Positions 59,516 to 64,000 of a stretch of DNA of 64,000 bases are shown here, piece after piece. How positions within the stretch are numbered: position 1 is the stretch's first letter; each line of letters opens with the position of its first letter. The position numbers were made by a program, and so were the translations under genes. This DNA comes from a virus. The notes beneath the pieces are model-generated. The model saw only the letters and a list, made by a program, of their open reading frames with translations, was not told the DNA's origin and did no database searches. The stretch is from the IMG/VR virus record IMGVR_UViG_3300042402_003577, positions 1 through 64,000 of that record; one strand, given 5' to 3'.

Positions 59516-59546
59516 CAAAATTAATTAAAAATTATTTTTTTATAAA
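59516..59546 (-). promoter_or_regulatory. Portal promoter (variant class)
   Basis: Minus strand TTTATAAAAAAATAATTTTTAATTAATTTTG. Confidence 0.55.
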
Positions 59547-59554
59547 ATTTATTT

Positions 59555-61858
59555 TTAATACTTTAATAAGTTGGTGTTTTTTAATTGATTATTATATAAG
59601 TCTTTATAAAAATCATTTGAAGTTTTTTTCACAATGTCCTCAGACTCTTTTATAACCATTTCTTTATCTTGCTCTAGCCAAAGCATTAATAAGAGGAAAG
59701 CAGACACACGGTCAAAGTTTCCCTTATCATTGTATTGTATAAGCTCTTCTAGTAGTAAATCATCCTTAATAGTATTTAAGTTTCTCACCACTATTTCTCT
59801 CTTGGTGCCATCTTCTAGCTCTTCTACATATTTTTTCTTCTCCTCCAACAACCATTGTTGTGCCAATCTTAGAGCGTATTGCTTTAGAGGATTTGTCATA
59901 GGGACTCCTACGTCATATTTTAGGGTGGGGTCCTTTATAGCTTTCTCAATTATTTGCTTTGGTGTAAGGGCCAGTATATGATAGTTTCCTGTACGCATAC
60001 AGTAATTCTTAAAGTCAATAATGTTGTTCTCAAACATTACCTCAGCGTTAAAGTATTTAGCCGCCAATACACAATTCAAATGTATTTCTTCAGGCATGTC
60101 ATATCTTCCTACCCACCAAGCTACAAGTTCATTGCCGTTATTATCTAAGGTATTATTAGACTTATAAACATAAATTGCTGCTAATGAGGTACCTCCGCCT
60201 TCATCTCTAATGGGGTCATATACAATCTTAAAAAGATTTCTAGGTATAATTCCTGCAGGAGGATGCTCATAAAATTCCCAAGCACTTTTTAAATCTGACT
60301 TAGTGTCATGCGGGAATCTATCTATAGGCCTTAAATCAAAGTTAGGTTTAAATTTGACTCCTGTAATAAAATCAGGGTCTTCCACAAGGCTTCCCACTGT
60401 TCTTAAATGTTTTTTAAATTGGTATCTATCATTAGAAGCTTGTTGCTCTCTAAGCATAACAATAGGGAATTTATTACCTGTTTTTGATAGAAACATTTCA
60501 GAAGGCTTAATTGGCCTAGACATGATGTACTCATCATAAGCAGAAGTATTATTAGCTTGCTTCTTTTCTTCACGCCTCTCCATCTCAAATTTAAGAGACG
60601 TATCTACATCAGTATTACCATTTTCATCTTTATATGCTAAATTGGTGTAAATAGCTGGAAGAAAGAAGCCTATAGTGCCTCTGCCTTCATAAACATCTTT
60701 AAATCCTAGAAAATCATAAGCTTCAGGGTCTCTGAATATAATCTCAGACTCAATAACTTTCTCCATATCTCCACCTGTACCTAAATACAAGGAAGATCCA
60801 AACTTACCTGCCCCCATATCCTGTGTAGACTCATTCGCTCCGTGTACAGTGAGGATTTTATCTTCCAAACCCACCTCTTCTACCACTAGCACATTGTAAC
60901 GACCCCCAACGGCTGCTTGCTTGTTATCTTTATACGTTTCATGTATCAATAAGGATCCTGTACCTTCTTTTACTAGAGAATTTCCTATCTTTTTCTCATA
61001 CTCAAACCTATAAGGATTTTTAGAGTTACCTACCTTCAATGTCCCTGAAAAAGTCCTACTAAAAGGAGAAGGAAAATAATCCCTGTCAAAATACTCCCCA
61101 GGAAGGTTCTTTAAAGAGTTTGAGAATTTATCTAAAAGCTGAGAAGATTTACCTGAGCTGGCCGATCCACAAAATATTTCCACTTTATTCTTACCTGACA
61201 GATAATCCTCAACGGTCTTTGCCCCGTCTGATAGCCATTCATGCTCCATTAACGCTGATGCCATAAAGCTTTTTCCTCCAGACCTAGATCCTAACACAAA
61301 GAGGTTCAATGAGTTATTTTCATATAAAGGATTTCCTAGTGGTTTTTCATGGGTACCATTAAGATATTCTAAAGGATCTATATAAGTCTTTAATGTTCCA
61401 TCCTGTTTATAACAATTGTCAGTGAGGTTATTTAAAAATTTGAGAGGTATATCAGGAAGACTATTATCTAACAATTTATCTTGCTTTAACTTTGCAGTCC
61501 AATTGCAAGTATACTCTTCATCATCCTCAAACCCACTAAAGCCTCTGCAAATAAACCAACAATTTAAAATTGTCCAGTTTATATCCAATAGGCTAGGCCT
61601 AGATTTGATACGCTGCTTACCATCTTGAATAGTGATGGTATGGTAGTTGGTAAAATAGTTTAATTGAGGGTTCATGTACCTCCAACGTAACCCTTCAGGA
61701 GTTTGCTCTTCTCTCCACAGGCCTAAAATAAATTCCTCAAGTTCTTTAGTCCAATATTCAGAATAAGCTGTACTATGAGGGTGTAAAACAGGGTGGTTTT
61801 TAATAAAGGGGGTATTGTCATATATTTTTGGAAAAATATAAGAAGTATCTATAATCAT
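59555..61858 (-). CDS. terL: Terminase large subunit
   Basis: Walker A GSRSGGKS, Walker B LVVEEVG, GTGGD, RNase H-like VYDP and GNFDRVSA. Confidence 0.92.
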   Translation of the reverse strand: MIIDTSYIFPKIYDNTPFIKNHPVLHPHSTAYSEYWTKELEEFILGLWREEQTPEGLRWRYMNPQLNYFTNYHTITIQDGKQRIKSRPSLLDINWTILNCWFICRGFSGFEDDEEYTCNWTAKLKQDKLLDNSLPDIPLKFLNNLTDNCYKQDGTLKTYIDPLEYLNGTHEKPLGNPLYENNSLNLFVLGSRSGGKSFMASALMEHEWLSDGAKTVEDYLSGKNKVEIFCGSASSGKSSQLLDKFSNSLKNLPGEYFDRDYFPSPFSRTFSGTLKVGNSKNPYRFEYEKKIGNSLVKEGTGSLLIHETYKDNKQAAVGGRYNVLVVEEVGLEDKILTVHGANESTQDMGAGKFGSSLYLGTGGDMEKVIESEIIFRDPEAYDFLGFKDVYEGRGTIGFFLPAIYTNLAYKDENGNTDVDTSLKFEMERREEKKQANNTSAYDEYIMSRPIKPSEMFLSKTGNKFPIVMLREQQASNDRYQFKKHLRTVGSLVEDPDFITGVKFKPNFDLRPIDRFPHDTKSDLKSAWEFYEHPPAGIIPRNLFKIVYDPIRDEGGGTSLAAIYVYKSNNTLDNNGNELVAWWVGRYDMPEEIHLNCVLAAKYFNAEVMFENNIIDFKNYCMRTGNYHILALTPKQIIEKAIKDPTLKYDVGVPMTNPLKQYALRLAQQWLLEEKKKYVEELEDGTKREIVVRNLNTIKDDLLLEELIQYNDKGNFDRVSAFLLLMLWLEQDKEMVIKESEDIVKKTSNDFYKDLYNNQLKNTNLLKY

Positions 61859-62112
61859 TGTCTTGGAGGTCCAGGTTTTATATCTAAAATATTTTTTTGA
61901 TTTCCAGATAAGTCAGTAAAGTTTTTTAAAAAATTATTCAGTATAAAATCTGTATTTATAGGAATAACTTTAACTTCAATAGTGGGAGTTATAACGTGCT
62001 CAAAATCATCAAAATTTTTTAGAGTTTCTCTAATAATTTTTTTTGTTTCTTTTGCGTTATTAATTCCATCTACTTCTATTATCTTATCTTCAAAATCAAT
62101 TAAGATTATCAT
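61855..62112 (-). CDS. Hypothetical protein
   Basis: 85-aa ORF overlapping the terL start (ATGA coupling). Confidence 0.5.
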   Translation of the reverse strand: MIILIDFEDKIIEVDGINNAKETKKIIRETLKNFDDFEHVITPTIEVKVIPINTDFILNNFLKNFTDLSGNQKNILDIKPGPPRQ

Positions 62113-62290
62113 CTGTTTCTTGAGGTTCTTGCTTGGCTTTTTCTTCTATTTCTTTTTGCCAAGCAGCTTGTTGGGCTTTGTTATAAGTTTTCATAATACT
62201 TGAATACCAAAAATATCTTCCTTCTTTTAAAGAAAGTCTTTCTCCTGGCTTTGGTTGATTATAAATATTGGGTCTGTTTACTGGATACAT
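62096..62290 (-). CDS. Hypothetical protein
   Basis: 64-aa ORF with an A-rich leader. Confidence 0.5.
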   Translation of the reverse strand: MYPVNRPNIYNQPKPGERLSLKEGRYFWYSSIMKTYNKAQQAAWQKEIEEKAKQEPQETDDNLN

Positions 62291-62330
62291 ATTTTTTAGT
62301 TTTATAATTTATTGTTTTTGTGTGTGTTAT

Positions 62331-62882
62331 TTATTTTTTATTTGCCTTGCTTACTAATTTCTCAGTGAAAGATTCTTCTCTTCCACCTCTAGCCCTAGTT
62401 TCAATGTTCTCATCTTGGTATTCCTTGTAAACCTTTCCAAAAGATTCCCAGATAAGCTTGGAGTCTTTCATCATCTTATCAAGGGCTTCAAAGGTATCTA
62501 GGCTATAAGAAAGAGTTTCTAGGAACTTATTCCTCTCCTCTATCTTATCCTGCCATACCTTCAACTCTCTTTGTATCTTTGTCATCACTACCTTTGGATA
62601 GGCATCTACCAAGTCTTCGTGATGGTCAAAATCAAAAGAATCTTCTTTTAAAAAGTATTTTTTAATGTCTTCTGCTCTCTCGTCTTTTCTAAGTCTAATC
62701 TTTGGAGACTTTATATCGCAAAAAAGATATATGGCCCACATTACTTCTGAAGTGTAGTCCTTGTTCTCTGAAGAATTATAAAAATTATCAAAAGGTTCTG
62801 TAAATTTAAATTCAGGATTCACTTCCCAAAATAAATTTCTATTAATCTCATAATCAAAATTCTGCATCAAATAATAGTCCAT
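62331..62882 (-). CDS. Conserved protein upstream of the terminase (small terminase candidate)
   Basis: Helical 183-aa protein ending RARGGREES; position near terL. Confidence 0.45.
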   Translation of the reverse strand: MDYYLMQNFDYEINRNLFWEVNPEFKFTEPFDNFYNSSENKDYTSEVMWAIYLFCDIKSPKIRLRKDERAEDIKKYFLKEDSFDFDHHEDLVDAYPKVVMTKIQRELKVWQDKIEERNKFLETLSYSLDTFEALDKMMKDSKLIWESFGKVYKEYQDENIETRARGGREESFTEKLVSKANKK

Positions 62883-63267
62883 CGTCTGTGTTTTTATTAT
62901 TATATAAATAGAGATTCTTTGTGTTTACCTTTTCTCCTGTTTCCTTATCTGTAAACTCTTTTACAATAATTTCTTCAGTTTCGTAATAGTTTCTCTTTAT
63001 CTCTTCGCCTTCTCTTATTCTCCTAGTGGCTATTAAAGAATGCCCTTCCACTCTTACGTTGGGATCAAAGGAATGCTTGATGTATTTTACAATAGGATCT
63101 AATACATGGTAATTTACATCTAATTGTATTGTGTGTTGAGTAGGTGTTTTTGATTCTTCACAACATATAAATAGAACAGTCTCGCCAGTAAAGAATTCTT
63201 TTGTTGAATGTACTTGTTTTATTCTCTTATTTTTGATAATTTCAAAATGATTATTATGCTTATTCAT
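62854..63267 (-). CDS. SET-domain-like protein
   Basis: PTQHTIQL, YIKHSFDPN (SET NHSxxPN motif) and LIATRRIREGEEIKRNY (SET A.RDI..GEEL..xY motif). Confidence 0.7.
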   Translation of the reverse strand: MNKHNNHFEIIKNKRIKQVHSTKEFFTGETVLFICCEESKTPTQHTIQLDVNYHVLDPIVKYIKHSFDPNVRVEGHSLIATRRIREGEEIKRNYYETEEIIVKEFTDKETGEKVNTKNLYLYNNKNTDDGLLFDAEF

Positions 63268-63781
63268 GTATTATTCTATCTTTAAAAATTTCTAATAAAT
63301 CATCATAGTATAGGATGACATCCTCTCCTTTCATTAATTTTTTCATTTGTTTAATAGGTAGGGGCAAGTTTTTTAAGCAATCTTTAAACCCTGTTTGTTT
63401 TTGGTTGTTTTCAAAATCTATTTTATTATAAATATGATTTTTATTTACATCTAATAGAGTTTCTATTCTAGGGAAATGAATTAAGCATCTAATGGTTTTA
63501 TCCATTAAGCAAATAGGTGCCGTTGTTTTCAACAAAAGAAAGAACCCTGCACTAGAGCATTCCTCTATTGGAAAGAGGGTTATATCTCCATACTCTTCTA
63601 TGGCTCTTGATAGAGGGTGTATGTAGCTTGTATATCCTCCAGGAGTATTTATAAATAAATTTACAGACTCAGAGTTGTTATTTAAGAATGAAATAGCTTC
63701 ATTAACAATTGGCAACTCAAAAGGTCCTTCAAATATATAATTAACTCTTCTTTCTATGTTTGGTTCTTCTATGATTTCCAT
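63260..63781 (-). CDS. ClpP-like serine protease
   Basis: LFINTPGG, CSSAG (nucleophile Ser), LIHFP (His), GEDVIL (possible Asp). Confidence 0.7.
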   Translation of the reverse strand: MEIIEEPNIERRVNYIFEGPFELPIVNEAISFLNNNSESVNLFINTPGGYTSYIHPLSRAIEEYGDITLFPIEECSSAGFFLLLKTTAPICLMDKTIRCLIHFPRIETLLDVNKNHIYNKIDFENNQKQTGFKDCLKNLPLPIKQMKKLMKGEDVILYYDDLLEIFKDRIIHE

Positions 63782-63782
63782 A

Positions 63783-64000
63783 TTATGCTTCTATGTTTTT
63801 AGCTATCCTTAAAGATATTGCTGTAGCATTACCATGAACATAAATAAATTTATCTGAAGGAGTACTTAGTTGAATACTAAAATTTAACTCCTTGCTTTCT
63901 CCAGGTTCTATTATTGTACCTGTATTGATACCTGAAGGTGTTGTGCAACCACAACTTTTTGCTACACTTTGGCATACAAAGGTTTCATCCCCTGTATTTT
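63783..64000 (-). CDS. DUF1573-like Ig-fold protein (5' partial)
   Basis: Minus-strand translation NTGDETFVCQSVAKSCGCTTP...IEPGESKELNF...IEA* matches the NTG..SCGCT..I.PGE signature. Confidence 0.7.
   Translation of the reverse strand, partial: NTGDETFVCQSVAKSCGCTTPSGINTGTIIEPGESKELNFSIQLSTPSDKFIYVHGNATAISLRIAKNIEA

Noticed and set aside
3770-62203. Numerous short + strand ORFs in the track (e.g. 3770..4129, 10110..10496, 16653..16991, 56886..57089, 59634..59981) and the nested minus-strand ORF 60403..60588
   Set aside because: They are antisense or out-of-frame shadows of long genes, with Ser/Leu/Phe-rich composition and no motifs.
1-64000. Stop-codon reassignment (TAG or TGA) as seen in some crAss-like phages
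   Set aside because: Genes are intact and densely packed in code 11. TAG ends genes at normal boundaries (e.g. 9398), and read-through there would not be in frame with the ferritin gene.
1-64000. CRISPR array, integrase, diversity-generating retroelement, introns or inteins
   Set aside because: No regularly spaced repeat-spacer array and no recombinase or reverse transcriptase motifs were seen, and terL, portal and capsid genes are uninterrupted.

Overview
A 64-kb segment of a large, AT-rich, crAss-like tailed phage (Crassvirales or a close relative) in standard code 11. Repeated TAnnTTTG -7 promoter boxes point to a Bacteroidota host. Positions 1-2473 (+ strand) are the end of a nucleotide-metabolism operon: the C-terminus of a class II ribonucleotide reductase, thyX, an Nmad1-like gene and a DUF5522-like gene. 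It converges at a bidirectional terminator (~2519-2550) with a ~61-kb minus-strand virion module. In transcription order this module holds: DUF1573-like, ClpP-like and SET-like genes; terminase; portal; scaffold; major capsid protein; a degenerate tRNA; ring and auxiliary capsid proteins; a Cys-rich tail/fibre cluster interrupted by phoH; a lysis cassette; a ~650-bp non-coding island; a metallophosphoesterase; ring, IHF-like and muzzle genes; and five putative ejected cargo proteins, with a ferritin gene between the two largest. The most notable observations are: (1) two cargo proteins built as strings of small modules separated by ~28 copies of an xxxGG motif, a possible processed polyprotein or packaging-signal system; (2) a promoter-driven, highly structured ~260-nt non-coding RNA candidate with a neighbouring small RNA; (3) giant cargo proteins with no recognisable virion RNA polymerase motif that instead carry ART, zincin, nuclease-like and SAM-lyase-like domains; (4) a terminator-proximal 3'UTR sequence antisense to the CA-rich leaders of several late genes; and (5) a variant promoter class shared by head genes. 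All family assignments come from motifs read by eye and from gene order, with no database searches.
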